Part shown: positions 33,181-44,641 of the stretch, piece after piece
How the letters are laid out: every line of letters begins with the position of its first letter
How positions within the stretch are numbered: the stretch's first letter is position 1
Source of the DNA: Escherichia coli O157:H7
GTDB lineage: Bacteria; Pseudomonadota; Gammaproteobacteria; Enterobacterales; Enterobacteriaceae
Strand: one strand, 5' to 3'
Length of the DNA: 64,000 bases
Assembly (NCBI RefSeq): GCF_013167455.1
Contig: NZ_CP038328.1
The notes under the pieces: generated by a model
Databases searched by the model: none
What the model was told of the DNA's origin: nothing
The model's input: only the letters and a program-made list of their open reading frames with translations
Translations under genes and position numbers: made by a program

Positions 33181-35475
33181 ATGAAGGTAGATATTGATAC
33201 CAGCGATAAGCTGTACGCCGACGCATGGCTTGGCTTTAAAGGTACGGACTGGAAAAACGAAATTAATGTCCGCGATTTTATTCAACATAACTATACACCG
33301 TATGAAGGCGATGAATCTTTCCTCGCTGAAGCGACGCCAGCCACCACGGAATTGTGGGAAAAGGTGATGGAAGGCATTCGTATTGAAAACGCAACCCACG
33401 CGCCGGTTGATTTCGATACCAATATTGCCACCACAATTACCGCTCATGATGCGGGATATATTAACCAGCCGCTGGAAAAAATTGTTGGCCTGCAAACGGA
33501 TGCGCCGTTGAAACGTGCGTTACACCCGTTCGGTGGCATTAATATGATTAAAAGTTCATTCCACGCCTATGGTCGTGAAATGGACAGTGAATTTGAATAT
33601 CTGTTTACCGATCTGCGTAAAACCCATAACCAGGGCGTATTTGATGTTTACTCACCGGATATGCTGCGCTGCCGTAAATCTGGCGTGCTGACCGGTTTAC
33701 CAGATGGCTATGGCCGTGGGCGCATTATCGGTGACTATCGCCGCGTAGCGCTGTATGGCATCAGTTATCTGGTGCGTGAACGCGAACTGCAATTTGCCGA
33801 TCTCCAGTCTCGTCTGGAAAAAGGCGAGGATCTGGAAGCCACCATCCGTCTGCGTGAGGAGCTGGCAGAGCATCGTCATGCGCTGTTGCAGATTCAGGAA
33901 ATGGCGGCGAAATATGGCTTTGATATCTCTCGCCCGGCGCAGAATGCGCAGGAAGCGGTGCAGTGGCTCTACTTCGCTTATCTGGCGGCAGTGAAATCAC
34001 AGAACGGCGGCGCGATGTCGCTGGGCCGCACGGCATCGTTCCTGGATATCTACATTGAGCGCGACTTTAAAGCTGGCGTACTCAATGAGCAGCAGGCACA
34101 GGAACTGATCGATCACTTCATCATGAAGATCCGTATGGTGCGCTTCTTGCGTACGCCGGAATTTGATTCGCTGTTCTCCGGCGACCCAATCTGGGCGACG
34201 GAAGTGATCGGCGGGATGGGGCTGGACGGTCGTACGCTGGTGACCAAAAACTCCTTCCGCTATTTGCACACCCTGCACACTATGGGGCCTGCACCGGAAC
34301 CTAACCTGACCATTCTTTGGTCGGAAGAATTACCGATTGCCTTCAAAAAATATGCCGCGCAGGTGTCGATCGTCACCTCTTCCTTGCAGTATGAAAACGA
34401 CGATCTGATGCGTACTGACTTCAACAGCGACGATTACGCGATTGCCTGCTGCGTCAGCCCAATGGTGATTGGTAAGCAAATGCAGTTCTTTGGTGCACGC
34501 GCTAACCTGGCGAAAACACTGCTGTACGCAATTAACGGCGGGGTGGACGAGAAGCTGAAGATTCAGGTCGGGCCGAAAACGGCACCGTTGATGGACGATG
34601 TGCTGGATTACGACAAAGTGATGGACAGCCTCGATCACTTCATGGACTGGCTGGCGGTGCAGTACATCAGCGCGCTGAATATCATTCACTACATGCACGA
34701 CAAGTACAGCTACGAAGCTTCGCTGATGGCGCTGCACGATCGTGATGTCTATCGCACCATGGCGTGCGGCATCGCGGGCCTGTCGGTGGCAACGGACTCC
34801 CTGTCTGCGATCAAATATGCCCGCGTGAAACCAATCCGTGACAAAAACGGCCTGGCGGTGGACTTTGAAATCGACGGTGAATATCCGCAGTACGGCAACA
34901 ACGACGAGCGCGTAGACAGCATTGCCTGCGACCTGGTTGAACGTTTTATGAAGAAAATTAAAGCGCTGCCAACCTATCGCAACGCCGTCCCTACCCAGTC
35001 GATTCTGACTATCACTTCTAACGTGGTGTACGGCCAGAAAACCGGTAACACGCCGGACGGTCGTCGCGCCGGAACACCGTTCGCGCCGGGCGCTAACCCG
35101 ATGCATGGTCGTGACCGCAAAGGTGCCGTGGCCTCATTGACGTCGGTGGCGAAACTGCCGTTCACCTACGCCAAAGATGGGATCTCGTACACCTTCTCAA
35201 TCGTCCCTGCGGCGCTGGGCAAAGAAGATCCAGTACGTAAAACCAACCTTGTCGGCCTGCTGGATGGGTATTTCCACCACGAAGCGGATGTCGAAGGCGG
35301 TCAACACCTCAACGTCAACGTAATGAATCGGGAAATGCTGCTGGATGCCATCGAGCACCCGGAAAAATATCCTAACCTGACAATCCGTGTCTCTGGCTAC
35401 GCCGTGCGCTTCAACGCACTGACCCGTGAACAGCAGCAGGATGTTATTTCACGTACCTTTACCCAGGCGCTCTGA
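33181..35475 (+). CDS. tdcE: 2-ketobutyrate / pyruvate formate-lyase (glycyl-radical enzyme)
   Basis: 764-aa ORF with C-terminal glycyl-radical motif RVSGYAVRF. Confidence 0.95.
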   Translation: MKVDIDTSDKLYADAWLGFKGTDWKNEINVRDFIQHNYTPYEGDESFLAEATPATTELWEKVMEGIRIENATHAPVDFDTNIATTITAHDAGYINQPLEKIVGLQTDAPLKRALHPFGGINMIKSSFHAYGREMDSEFEYLFTDLRKTHNQGVFDVYSPDMLRCRKSGVLTGLPDGYGRGRIIGDYRRVALYGISYLVRERELQFADLQSRLEKGEDLEATIRLREELAEHRHALLQIQEMAAKYGFDISRPAQNAQEAVQWLYFAYLAAVKSQNGGAMSLGRTASFLDIYIERDFKAGVLNEQQAQELIDHFIMKIRMVRFLRTPEFDSLFSGDPIWATEVIGGMGLDGRTLVTKNSFRYLHTLHTMGPAPEPNLTILWSEELPIAFKKYAAQVSIVTSSLQYENDDLMRTDFNSDDYAIACCVSPMVIGKQMQFFGARANLAKTLLYAINGGVDEKLKIQVGPKTAPLMDDVLDYDKVMDSLDHFMDWLAVQYISALNIIHYMHDKYSYEASLMALHDRDVYRTMACGIAGLSVATDSLSAIKYARVKPIRDKNGLAVDFEIDGEYPQYGNNDERVDSIACDLVERFMKKIKALPTYRNAVPTQSILTITSNVVYGQKTGNTPDGRRAGTPFAPGANPMHGRDRKGAVASLTSVAKLPFTYAKDGISYTFSIVPAALGKEDPVRKTNLVGLLDGYFHHEADVEGGQHLNVNVMNREMLLDAIEHPEKYPNLTIRVSGYAVRFNALTREQQQDVISRTFTQAL

Positions 35476-35488
35476 CGCCGGAGGATGT

Positions 35489-35878
35489 ATGAAAAAGATT
35501 ATCGAAACGCAACGTGCCCCAGGCGCAATCGGCCCTTATGTTCAAGGCGTTGATTTAGGCAGCATGGTCTTCACCTCCGGTCAAATTCCGGTTTGCCCAC
35601 AGACCGGTGAGATCCCGGCTGATGTGCAAGATCAGGCGCGTTTAAGCCTCGAAAACGTCAAAGCGATCGTGGTTGCTGCCGGGCTGAGCGTGGGCGATAT
35701 CATCAAGATGACCGTGTTCATCACCGATCTGAATGATTTTGCCACCATCAACGAAGTCTATAAGCAATTCTTCGATGAGCATCAGGCGACCTACCCGACC
35801 CGGAGCTGTGTACAGGTCGCGCGTTTGCCGAAAGATGTGAAGCTGGAAATTGAAGCTATCGCAGTACGTAGTGCGTAA
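35489..35878 (+). CDS. tdcF: RidA/YjgF-family enamine/imine deaminase
   Basis: MKKIIETQRAPGAIGPYVQGVDLG... (129 aa). Confidence 0.9.
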   Translation: MKKIIETQRAPGAIGPYVQGVDLGSMVFTSGQIPVCPQTGEIPADVQDQARLSLENVKAIVVAAGLSVGDIIKMTVFITDLNDFATINEVYKQFFDEHQATYPTRSCVQVARLPKDVKLEIEAIAVRSA

Positions 35879-35949
35879 AGCCTCGTGAGCGGGACGGTCG
35901 TAAGGTCGTTCCGCTCCACTTCACTGAACGGCAATCCGAGGGTGTGGAT

Positions 35950-37314
35950 ATGATTAGTGCATTCGATATTTTCAAAATTGGGATTGGTCCCTCCAGTTCG
36001 CATACCGTGGGGCCAATGAATGCCGGAAAAAGTTTTATTGATCGGCTGGAAAGTAGCGGCTTATTAACCGCGACGAGCCATATTGTGGTCGATCTGTACG
36101 GGTCGTTGTCACTGACGGGCAAAGGCCATGCCACGGATGTCGCCATCATCATGGGACTGGCAGGAAACAGTCCGCAGGATGTTGTCATTGATGAGATCCC
36201 TGCATTTATAGAGTTAGTAACGCGCAGCGGGCGGCTGCCAGTGGCATCTGGTGCGCATATTGTTGATTTTCCTGTAGCAAAGAACATTATCTTCCATCCC
36301 GAAATGTTGCCTCGCCATGAGAACGGAATGCGGATCACTGCCTGGAAGGCACAGGAAGAGCTATTAAGTAAAACCTATTACTCTGTCGGCGGCGGGTTTA
36401 TTGTCGAAGAAGAACACTTCGGCCTGTCGCACGATGTCGAAACACCCGTACCTTACGATTTCCACTCAGCAGGTGAACTGCTGAAAATGTGTGATTACAA
36501 CGGCCTGTCTATTTCTGGCCTGATGATGCACAACGAGCTAGCGCTGCGCAGTAAAGCGGAAATTGACGCCGGTTTTGCCCGTATCTGGCAAGTGATGCAT
36601 GACGGTATTGAACGCGGGATGAACACTGAAGGCGTGCTGCCTGGTCCGCTCAATGTGCCGCGCCGTGCCGTAGCGCTGCGTCGTCAGCTGGTTTCCAGCG
36701 ATAACATCTCTAACGATCCGATGAATGTCATCGACTGGATCAACATGTACGCGCTGGCGGTTAGTGAAGAAAACGCAGCTGGCGGGCGCGTGGTAACGGC
36801 ACCGACTAACGGTGCGTGCGGCATTATTCCGGCAGTGCTGGCTTATTACGATAAGTTCCGTCGTCCGGTAAACGAGCGGTCAATTGCCCGCTATTTTCTT
36901 GCAGCCGGGGCTATTGGCGCGCTGTATAAAATGAACGCCTCCATCTCTGGCGCGGAGGTCGGCTGTCAGGGGGAGATTGGCGTGGCCTGTTCAATGGCGG
37001 CGGCAGGGTTAACTGAACTACTGGGCGGCAGTCCGGCGCAGGTATGCAATGCGGCGGAAATCGCGATGGAGCATAACCTTGGACTGACCTGCGAGCCGGT
37101 TGCCGGACAGGTACAAATCCCGTGCATTGAACGTAATGCCATTAATGCCGTGAAAGCAGTAAACGCCGCGCGGATGGCGATGCGCCGCACCTCGGCACCG
37201 CGTGTTTCACTCGATAAAGTGATCGAGACGATGTATGAAACCGGCAAAGATATGAACGATAAATACCGCGAAACATCACGCGGCGGACTGGCCATTAAAG
37301 TGGTCTGCGGCTGA
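35950..37314 (+). CDS. tdcG: L-serine dehydratase (iron-sulfur-dependent)
   Basis: [23 protein letters not shown]... (454 aa), SdaA-family. Confidence 0.9.
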   Translation: MISAFDIFKIGIGPSSSHTVGPMNAGKSFIDRLESSGLLTATSHIVVDLYGSLSLTGKGHATDVAIIMGLAGNSPQDVVIDEIPAFIELVTRSGRLPVASGAHIVDFPVAKNIIFHPEMLPRHENGMRITAWKAQEELLSKTYYSVGGGFIVEEEHFGLSHDVETPVPYDFHSAGELLKMCDYNGLSISGLMMHNELALRSKAEIDAGFARIWQVMHDGIERGMNTEGVLPGPLNVPRRAVALRRQLVSSDNISNDPMNVIDWINMYALAVSEENAAGGRVVTAPTNGACGIIPAVLAYYDKFRRPVNERSIARYFLAAGAIGALYKMNASISGAEVGCQGEIGVACSMAAAGLTELLGGSPAQVCNAAEIAMEHNLGLTCEPVAGQVQIPCIERNAINAVKAVNAARMAMRRTSAPRVSLDKVIETMYETGKDMNDKYRETSRGGLAIKVVCG

Positions 37315-37337
37315 CATTGCTGTCAGCTTTCATCCTT

Positions 37338-37364
37338 GGGTGCACAAATGTGCACCTTTTTTTT
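37338..37364 (+). terminator. Intrinsic terminator of the tdc operon
   Basis: gggtgcacaaatgtgcacc hairpin followed by a T8 run. Confidence 0.8.
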
Positions 37365-37588
37365 GTGATCTGCCGCAAATAGAGAGTGAATATTCTCTTG
37401 CGATTAATTTAGTAGAAAATTCTTATCCATCTCCGTTATTTCAAAGTCTTGATTGTGAAGATTTTCTCTGACCTCGCGCGTATCATTTCTTTATTCTAAT
37501 AACTCGCCTGCAAAAACGTAGACCGCATATCGCCTTGATGCGGCTCGGAAAAAAATAATAAGCCCTACAAAATATTGAGCGAGAAATT

Positions 37589-38920
37589 ATGGAAATTGCA
37601 TCGAATAAAGGCGTCATTGCAGACGCTTCGACCCCGGCGGGTCGTGCTGGAATGAGTGAGAGCGAGTGGCGAGAAGCGATCAAATTCGACAGTACTGACA
37701 CCGGCTGGGTGATTATGAGTATCGGGATGGCGATTGGCGCGGGGATTGTTTTTCTCCCGGTGCAGGTCGGTTTGATGGGATTGTGGGTATTTTTGCTCTC
37801 ATCGGTGATTGGTTACCCGGCAATGTATCTGTTTCAGCGGTTGTTTATTAATACGCTGGCAGAATCACCAGAATGTAAAGATTACCCGAGCGTCATTAGC
37901 GGTTATTTAGGTAAAAACTGGGGCATCCTGTTAGGTGCACTCTATTTCGTAATGCTGGTGATTTGGATGTTCGTCTATTCCACCGCCATCACCAACGATA
38001 GTGCTTCCTACCTGCATACCTTCGGCGTGACGGAAGGGTTGCTGTCAGACAGTCCCTTTTATGGTCTGGTACTGATTTGCATTCTGGTGGCGATCTCTTC
38101 ACGCGGCGAGAAATTGTTATTCAAAATTTCGACTGGCATGGTGCTGACCAAGCTGCTGGTGGTCGCGGCGCTGGGCGTGTCGATGGTGGGAATGTGGCAT
38201 CTGTATAACGTCGGTTCGCTACCGCCGCTGGGGCTGCTGGTGAAAAACGCTATTATTACGCTGCCGTTTACCCTGACGTCGATTCTGTTTATCCAGACGT
38301 TAAGCCCGATGGTGATCTCTTATCGCTCGCGGGAAAAATCGATTGAAGTAGCGCGGCATAAAGCATTGCGGGCAATGAATATCGCGTTTGGCATTTTGTT
38401 TATCATCGTCTTTTTCTACGCCGTGTCGTTCACGCTGGCGATGGGACATGACGAAGCGGTAAAAGCCTACGAGCAGAATATTTCCGCGCTGGCGATTGCC
38501 GCACAGTTTATTAGCGGTGACGGCGCAGCGTGGGTGAAAGTGGTCAGCGTCATTCTCAATATCTTTGCTGTCATGACTGCATTCTTTGGCGTCTATTTAG
38601 GTTTTCGCGAAGCAACGCAAGGGATCGTAATGAACATCCTGCGTCGCAAGATGCCTGCCGAGAAGATTAACGAAAATCTTGTTCAGCGCGGCATCATGAT
38701 TTTCGCCATTTTGCTGGCCTGGAGCGCCATCGTACTGAACGCACCGGTGTTGAGCTTCACCTCTATCTGTAGCCCGATTTTCGGCTTGGTAGGGTGCCTG
38801 ATCCCGGCGTGGCTGGTTTACAAAGTACCGGCATTGCACAAATACAAAGGGATGTCTCTGTACCTGATTATCGTCACTGGTTTGTTGCTTTGTGTTTCTC
38901 CGTTCCTGGCATTTTCTTGA
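37589..38920 (+). CDS. cyuP: Putative cysteine/serine transporter (HAAAP family)
   Basis: 443-aa polytopic membrane ORF (formerly yhaO), paralog-like to TdcC. Confidence 0.85.
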   Translation: MEIASNKGVIADASTPAGRAGMSESEWREAIKFDSTDTGWVIMSIGMAIGAGIVFLPVQVGLMGLWVFLLSSVIGYPAMYLFQRLFINTLAESPECKDYPSVISGYLGKNWGILLGALYFVMLVIWMFVYSTAITNDSASYLHTFGVTEGLLSDSPFYGLVLICILVAISSRGEKLLFKISTGMVLTKLLVVAALGVSMVGMWHLYNVGSLPPLGLLVKNAIITLPFTLTSILFIQTLSPMVISYRSREKSIEVARHKALRAMNIAFGILFIIVFFYAVSFTLAMGHDEAVKAYEQNISALAIAAQFISGDGAAWVKVVSVILNIFAVMTAFFGVYLGFREATQGIVMNILRRKMPAEKINENLVQRGIMIFAILLAWSAIVLNAPVLSFTSICSPIFGLVGCLIPAWLVYKVPALHKYKGMSLYLIIVTGLLLCVSPFLAFS

Positions 38921-38947
38921 TTTACCTGAAATTTTAAGGTTTTTAAT

Positions 38948-40258
38948 ATGTTTGATTCGACTTTAAATCCGTTATGGCAGCGTTACATCCTCGCCGTTCA
39001 GGAGGAAGTAAAACCGGCGCTGGGATGTACTGAACCGATTTCACTGGCGCTGGCGGCGGCGGTTGCTGCGGCAGAACTGGAAGGTCCGGTTGAACGTGTA
39101 GAAGCCTGGGTTTCGCCAAATCTGATGAAGAACGGTCTGGGCGTCACCGTTCCCGGCACGGGAATGGTGGGGCTGCCGATTGCGGCGGCGCTGGGGGCGT
39201 TAGGTGGAAATGCCAACGCCGGGCTGGAAGTGCTGAAAGACGCAACTGCGCAGGCAATTGCCGATGCCAAAGCACTGCTGGCGGCGGGGAAAGTCTCCGT
39301 TAAGATCCAGGAACCTTGCAATGAAATCCTCTTCTCACGCGCCAAAGTCTGGAACGGTGAGAAGTGGGCGTGTGTCACTATCGTCGGCGGGCATACCAAC
39401 ATTGTGCATATTGAGACGCACGATGGTGTGGTGTTTACCCAGCAGGCGTGTGTGGCAGAGGGCGAGCAAGAGTCTCCGCTATCGGTGCTTTCCAGAACGA
39501 CGCTGGCTGAGATCCTGAAGTTCGTCAATGAAGTCCCGTTTGCGGCGATCCGCTTTATTCTCGATTCCGCGAAGCTAAATTGTGCGTTATCGCAGGAAGG
39601 TTTGAGCGGTAAGTGGGGGCTGCATATTGGCGCGACGCTGGAAAAACAGTGCGAGCGCGGTTTGCTGGCGAAAGATCTCTCTTCATCCATTGTGATTCGT
39701 ACCAGCGCGGCATCCGATGCGCGTATGGGCGGCGCCACGCTTCCGGCAATGAGTAACTCCGGCTCGGGTAACCAGGGGATCACCGCAACAATGCCCGTGG
39801 TGGTGGTAGCAGAACACTTCGGAGCGGATGATGAACGGCTGGCGCGTGCGCTGATGCTTTCTCATTTGAGCGCAATTTACATCCATAACCAGTTACCGCG
39901 TTTGTCTGCGCTGTGTGCCGCAACGACCGCAGCAATGGGGGCCGCCGCCGGGATGGCATGGCTGGTGGATGGGCGTTATGAAACCATCTCGATGGCGATC
40001 AGCAGTATGATCGGCGATGTCAGCGGCATGATTTGCGATGGTGCGTCGAACAGCTGCGCGATGAAGGTTTCGACCAGTGCTTCGGCTGCGTGGAAAGCGG
40101 TGTTAATGGCGCTGGATGATACCGCCGTGACCGGCAATGAAGGGATCGTGGCGCATGATGTTGAGCAGTCGATTGCCAACCTGTGTGCGTTAGCAAGCCA
40201 TTCGATGCAGCAAACGGATCGGCAGATTATCGAGATTATGGCGAGCAAGGCCAGATAA
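38948..40258 (+). CDS. cyuA: L-cysteine desulfidase (formerly YhaM)
   Basis: 436-aa [41 protein letters not shown]..., UPF0597 family. Confidence 0.85.
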   Translation: MFDSTLNPLWQRYILAVQEEVKPALGCTEPISLALAAAVAAAELEGPVERVEAWVSPNLMKNGLGVTVPGTGMVGLPIAAALGALGGNANAGLEVLKDATAQAIADAKALLAAGKVSVKIQEPCNEILFSRAKVWNGEKWACVTIVGGHTNIVHIETHDGVVFTQQACVAEGEQESPLSVLSRTTLAEILKFVNEVPFAAIRFILDSAKLNCALSQEGLSGKWGLHIGATLEKQCERGLLAKDLSSSIVIRTSAASDARMGGATLPAMSNSGSGNQGITATMPVVVVAEHFGADDERLARALMLSHLSAIYIHNQLPRLSALCAATTAAMGAAAGMAWLVDGRYETISMAISSMIGDVSGMICDGASNSCAMKVSTSASAAWKAVLMALDDTAVTGNEGIVAHDVEQSIANLCALASHSMQQTDRQIIEIMASKAR

Positions 40259-40264
40259 ACGCCA

Positions 40265-40385
40265 GGTTTTGGGTATCGTGCCGGATGCGATGCTGGCGCA
40301 TCTTATCCGGCCTACGGGTTGTTTAATTCGTTAATGTTGTTGGATTTTGTAGGCCGGATAAGGCGTTTTCGCCGCATCCGGCAAC
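40265..40385. repeat. REP/BIME palindromic units
   Basis: gccggatgcgatgctggcgcatcttatccggcctac ... gtaggccggataaggcgttttcgccgcatccggca. Confidence 0.75.
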
Positions 40386-40391
40386 CTGTCT

Positions 40392-40554
40392 TTACGCGGT
40401 AGCTTCATCCTCGGCTAAACGCGTTTCAGCATCCGCGACGATGGCTTCCAGCTCGCTCAACATCTCTTCATAGCCAAAATTTTTGGCGGTGCGAGCAGGT
40501 TCTTTCGCCACCACGGGCTTCACTGGCTGGCGCTTTTTGGCCGATTTTTTACTC
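40392..40554 (-). CDS. yhaL: Small uncharacterised protein (54 aa); not in the ORF track because it is under 60 aa
   Basis: ATG at 40554: MSKKSAKKRQPVKPVVAKEPARTAKNFGYEEMLSELEAIVADAETRLAEDEATA; synteny. Confidence 0.6.
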
Positions 40555-40578
40555 ATCATCATCTCCCTGTAAAAACAA

Positions 40579-41280
40579 CTAGACAGGCAAATCTATCAGC
40601 AAAGCGCGCAGTGGGGAATCGGCAACCAGCGTAATGTTAGCCTCGTCACGAATAAACGCCCCATCACCGCAGGTCAGCGCCGCTTTCTCTTCATGATGCG
40701 TAAGCGCATGAAATTTCCCGTGAATCGATTGCAAATACGTGCGTGGCCCATGCAACTGGAAATTCGCACTTTCGCCTTTGTCGAGCACGATATGGTGCAG
40801 CCACACTTGCTGGCGTAATTGCAGGCTTCCCATCGCACCCTCTGGCGAGGCGATTAAATGCTGCTTGCCCATATTAAGCGCCAGTTTTTGAATCAGCGGA
40901 TTCTCTCGCTGCGGGCAGGCGTCCAGCCAAAGCTGCATTCGTGTTAACGGTTTGTCTTTGCTGAGATTGTGTTCGCTGTAGCTGACACCCGGCTGGGTAG
41001 AGAGCAGCAACGCCTCACCGGCGCTGGCCTGAACATGATTGCCTTCGCTGTCGCGATACTCTGCTTCTCCATCCAGAATCACATTTAAAATATCGACTTT
41101 GGGATAGGTTCGCGGCTGAAAGGCGGCACCTGGGGCCAGCACTTCCTGGTTAAGCACACGCAGGGAGGCATAGCCTAACAATTTCGGGTCGAAGTAGTGT
41201 CCAAAGGAAAAAGTATACCGGGCCTGCAACCATCCGTAGTCTGCTTGTCCACACTGCCTGGCAGTTCGGGTAGTAATCAT
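40579..41280 (-). CDS. yhaK: Pirin-like cupin-fold protein
   Basis: 233-aa ORF MITTRTARQCGQADYGWLQARYTFSFGHYFDPK... Confidence 0.85.
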   Translation of the reverse strand: MITTRTARQCGQADYGWLQARYTFSFGHYFDPKLLGYASLRVLNQEVLAPGAAFQPRTYPKVDILNVILDGEAEYRDSEGNHVQASAGEALLLSTQPGVSYSEHNLSKDKPLTRMQLWLDACPQRENPLIQKLALNMGKQHLIASPEGAMGSLQLRQQVWLHHIVLDKGESANFQLHGPRTYLQSIHGKFHALTHHEEKAALTCGDGAFIRDEANITLVADSPLRALLIDLPV

Positions 41281-41384
41281 AATTCTTGACCTCTCTTTAC
41301 TTCCTTTTATGGTAAGGGGCTGGACGCTACATTGTTAGCCAGATATTCTGCCCGGTATGTTCAAATTTCCTGAATGAGAACGAA

Positions 41385-42281
41385 ATGGCCAAAGAAAGGG
41401 CATTAACGCTGGAAGCACTACGGGTTATGGATGCGATCGATCGCCGGGGCAGTTTTGCGGCGGCAGCGGATGAGCTGGGACGCGTGCCTTCCGCACTTAG
41501 CTACACCATGCAAAAACTGGAAGAAGAGCTGGATGTGGTGCTGTTTGACCGCTCGGGCCATCGCACCAAATTCACCAATGTCGGGAGGATGTTGTTGGAG
41601 CGAGGGCGCGTTTTGCTGGAAGCCGCAGATAAACTGACTACTGATGCGGAAGCTCTCGCGCGCGGTTGGGAAACGCATCTCACCATTGTGACCGAAGCGC
41701 TGGTACCGACACCTGCCTTTTTCCCGTTAATCGACAAACTGGCGGCAAAAGCCAATACCCAACTGGCAATCATCACAGAAGTGCTGGCGGGGGCGTGGGA
41801 ACGGCTGGAGCAGGGGCGGGCGGATATTGTTATCGCGCCGGATATGCATTTTCGTTCCTCGTCGGAGATCAACTCGCGCAAGCTCTATACGTTAATGAAC
41901 GTCTACGTTGCCGCGCCTGATCACCCGATTCATCAGGAGCCGGAACCGTTATCTGAAGTGACGCGTGTGAAATATCGTGGAATTGCGGTGGCGGATACCG
42001 CTCGTGAGCGCCCGGTGTTGACTGTACAGCTGCTGGACAAACAGCCGCGCTTAACGGTGAGCACGATTGAAGATAAACGTCAGGCATTACTGGCGGGGCT
42101 TGGCGTGGCGACGATGCCGTATCCGATGGTCGAAAAAGATATTGCGGAAGGGCGGTTGCGTGTCGTCAGCCCGGAATCGACCAGCGAGATCGATATTATT
42201 ATGGCCTGGCGTCGTGACAGTATGGGGGAAGCGAAATCCTGGTGTCTGCGGGAAATTCCCAAACTTTTTAACGGAAAATAA
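41385..42281 (+). CDS. yhaJ: LysR-family transcriptional regulator
   Basis: 298-aa ORF with N-terminal HTH (LTLEALRVMDAIDRRGSFAAAADELGRVPSALSYTMQKLEEEL); divergent from yhaK. Confidence 0.9.
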   Translation: MAKERALTLEALRVMDAIDRRGSFAAAADELGRVPSALSYTMQKLEEELDVVLFDRSGHRTKFTNVGRMLLERGRVLLEAADKLTTDAEALARGWETHLTIVTEALVPTPAFFPLIDKLAAKANTQLAIITEVLAGAWERLEQGRADIVIAPDMHFRSSSEINSRKLYTLMNVYVAAPDHPIHQEPEPLSEVTRVKYRGIAVADTARERPVLTVQLLDKQPRLTVSTIEDKRQALLAGLGVATMPYPMVEKDIAEGRLRVVSPESTSEIDIIMAWRRDSMGEAKSWCLREIPKLFNGK

Positions 42282-42296
42282 TATTTATTATTGTTA

Positions 42297-42325
42297 ATAA
42301 AAAGGGGCGAAATATCGCCCCAATT
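42297..42325 (-). terminator. Bidirectional hairpin terminator between convergent yhaJ and yhaI
   Basis: ggggcgaaatatcgcccc hairpin flanked by A-run on one side and T-run on the other. Confidence 0.6.
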
Positions 42326-42331
42326 CTAAGA

Positions 42332-42688
42332 TTAATTTGAACCAAACTTCGGATCGTTTCCGTAACGATTGCTGCCAGAAGTACCTTCTGTGCAGAAAAA
42401 AACCAGAAGCACGAGCCAGCCAATAAACGGAACAAAAAAGAGCAAGGCCCAGGCACCTGAACGGTCGGTATCGTGTAAGCGACGGATAGCAAGCGCAAGG
42501 ACGGGAAGGAAGGTTGCCAGCAAATAAAGCATAGACAGATATGGAAGCTCCAGACCTAAAATCAATTGAATGACATTGATAATAGCGCCGACGATGGCGT
42601 TAATCAGAGTAAACATCCAGTACTCTTTACGACGTGCGCGACCAGAGAAACCAACATAATTTTTTAATACGGATAAATACCACTGCAT
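42332..42688 (-). CDS. yhaI: DUF805-family inner-membrane protein
   Basis: 118-aa ORF MQWYLSVLKNYVGFSGRARRKEYWMF...RRLHDTDRSGAWALLFFVPFIGWLVLLVF. Confidence 0.85.
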   Translation of the reverse strand: MQWYLSVLKNYVGFSGRARRKEYWMFTLINAIVGAIINVIQLILGLELPYLSMLYLLATFLPVLALAIRRLHDTDRSGAWALLFFVPFIGWLVLLVFFCTEGTSGSNRYGNDPKFGSN

Positions 42689-42892
42689 AAAAACATCCCT
42701 TTAATTAAAAGTGACGAAAGTCTATTCCGGGTATTGTGTAAATGCTATTCGTATCTTTCTTTTTCGGATGTTATAAAGGTTTTGATATTTAAGATAAATA
42801 CATGGTTATTTTTATAGGTAATTTATATAACGACATTGAAATATTTTAAATAAACATTAGTAAATTATTCATTCATCAACATGATGATAAAA

Positions 42893-42920
42893 GCCGGATG
42901 AGTCAGACATCCGGCGAGCA
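42893..42920 (-). terminator. Intrinsic terminator downstream of yhaH
   Basis: Minus strand: gccggatgtctgactcatccggc hairpin followed by ttttatc. Confidence 0.5.
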
Positions 42921-42928
42921 GATTTGTT

Positions 42929-43294
42929 TTAAGGTTCCAGTTTTGGATCAGGTCCAAAGCGGTTTTCGCCTGGCGTACCCGCCTGGCAGTTAAAGACGAT
43001 GATAATAAGCCAGCCGATAAACGGGATTAAGAATAGCAGTGCCCACCACGCCGAGCGGTCGGTGTCGTGCAGGCGGCGGAACTGAACTGCCCACCACGGT
43101 AAAAACACCAGAATACCGTAGATTGTCGTCAGGATGCCTTCGCCACCAGCGCGTTGCCAGCCTAACATTTTATCCAGCAGCCCCAGCACGAACGTAAAGA
43201 TGATGTTGACCAGAATAAACATCCAGTACTCTTTGCGCCGCGCACGACCCCGGAAACCGACATAATTTTTTAGTACTTTCAGATACCAGTCCAT
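42929..43294 (-). CDS. yhaH: DUF805-family inner-membrane protein, paralog of YhaI
   Basis: MDWYLKVLKNYVGFRGRARRKEYWMF...RRLHDTDRSAWWALLFLIPFIGWLIIIVF (121 aa). Confidence 0.85.
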   Translation of the reverse strand: MDWYLKVLKNYVGFRGRARRKEYWMFILVNIIFTFVLGLLDKMLGWQRAGGEGILTTIYGILVFLPWWAVQFRRLHDTDRSAWWALLFLIPFIGWLIIIVFNCQAGTPGENRFGPDPKLEP

Positions 43295-43379
43295 TTTTGC
43301 CTCAATTTTGCTCAATCACTTGTTTTTAAAGCAGCAAATTAAGAATAGACGTGAATGAAATGGCAGTAAATATTCGTTC

Positions 43380-43545
43380 AAGGAATTAATAAAGTGCTGT
43401 GAAGGCGCGCTAAGACTGATGACAAGCGCAAAATTGCCAGATGCGCTACGCTTATCTGGCCCGCGCGGTCATTGCAACATATTGAATATAAAAGTTTTGT
43501 AGGTTTGATAAGGCGTTCATGCCGCATCCGACATGAACAACATGC
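43380..43545. repeat. REP/BIME palindromic units
   Basis: tgccagatgcgctacgcttatctggcc ... gtaggtttgataaggcgttcatgccgcatccgacatg. Confidence 0.7.
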
Positions 43546-43585
43546 ACTTAGCTAATTATCAGAGGCACCTCGTAAGGTGCTTTTT

Positions 43586-44572
43586 TTAACCTAAGCGAAC
43601 ATCTCGTCCATGCGGTTCATCGAGATCCTGCCACGGACCAATTGAAATAATCCGCGTAGGGTTGATGGTCTTATGACTGCGGAAGTAATGATTACGGATA
43701 TGATCGAAATTGACTGTTTCGGCAATTCCCGGCATCTGGTAGATATCACGCAGGAAGCCATACAGATTAAGGTAATCGCTGATGCGGTGCTTATCACACT
43801 TGAAGTGGGTCACATACACTGGATCAAAACGGACCAGCGTGGTCCACAGGCGAATATCGGCTTCGGTTAGCTGGTTGCCGGTCAGGTAACGATGCTGACC
43901 TAAAATCTGTTCCAGTCGCGCCAGCGATTCAAACACTTTCTCCACCGCTTCGTCGTAGGCTTGCTGGCTGGTGGCAAAACCAGCTTTATACACGCCGTTG
44001 TTAACGGTGTCATAAATCCAGCCGTTAAGTTCGTCAATTTTCGTTTGCAGGGCTGGTGGGTAGTAATCACCCGCTTTCGCGCCCAGCGCATCAAACGCGG
44101 TATTAAACATGCGGATGATTTCTGCTGATTCGTTGCTGACGATGGTGTGGTTCTTTTTGTCCCACAGCACGGGAACAGTAACTCGTCCGCTGTAGTGTGG
44201 ATCGGCGTGGAGATAAAGCTGATACAAAAATTCATGTTGATAGAGCGTGTCTCCGGTTGCTCCCGGAAAACTGTCATCAAAGGTCCAGCCGTTTTCCAGC
44301 ATCAGCGGGTTCACTACGGAAACGGAAATAAACGGTTCCAGTCCTTTGAGTTTGCGCATGATCAGCGTGCGGTGCGCCCACGGGCAGGCGAGTGAAACAT
44401 AGAGATGATAACGATCTTTCTCTGCGATAAAACCGCCTGTGCCAGTGGGGCCAGGAGCGCCATCGGCAGTGAGCCAGTTACGAAATGCGGAAGCTGAACG
44501 TTGAAATTTACCGCCGGTAGATTTGGTATCGTACCAGGTGTCATGCCAGACGCCGTCAATCAGTTGACCCAT
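43586..44572 (-). CDS. yqjG: Glutathionyl-hydroquinone reductase (Xi-class GST)
   Basis: MGQLIDGVWHDTWYDTKSTGGKFQRSASAFRNW... with CPWAHR active-site motif (328 aa). Confidence 0.9.
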   Translation of the reverse strand: MGQLIDGVWHDTWYDTKSTGGKFQRSASAFRNWLTADGAPGPTGTGGFIAEKDRYHLYVSLACPWAHRTLIMRKLKGLEPFISVSVVNPLMLENGWTFDDSFPGATGDTLYQHEFLYQLYLHADPHYSGRVTVPVLWDKKNHTIVSNESAEIIRMFNTAFDALGAKAGDYYPPALQTKIDELNGWIYDTVNNGVYKAGFATSQQAYDEAVEKVFESLARLEQILGQHRYLTGNQLTEADIRLWTTLVRFDPVYVTHFKCDKHRISDYLNLYGFLRDIYQMPGIAETVNFDHIRNHYFRSHKTINPTRIISIGPWQDLDEPHGRDVRLG

Positions 44573-44641
44573 TGTTCTCTCCTCCAATAGCAAAAACGAG
44601 GAGCTTCCTCCTCGTTTTTTATCGTTAAGTATAGCGCGTGC

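Noticed and set aside
34330-35106. 258-codon minus-strand ORF
   Set aside because: Entirely antisense within tdcE (glycyl-radical enzyme); a typical spurious long ORF opposite a highly expressed gene.
38998-39783. 261-codon minus-strand ORF
   Set aside because: Antisense within cyuA; Ala/Ser-rich low-complexity translation.
44586-44625. Hairpin aaaacgaggag-cttc-ctcctcgtttttt between yqjF and yqjG
   Set aside because: Forms a good terminator-like structure on both strands but sits only about 15 nt upstream of the yqjG start codon; could be the yqjF terminator or a yqjG attenuator, and I cannot decide from sequence alone.
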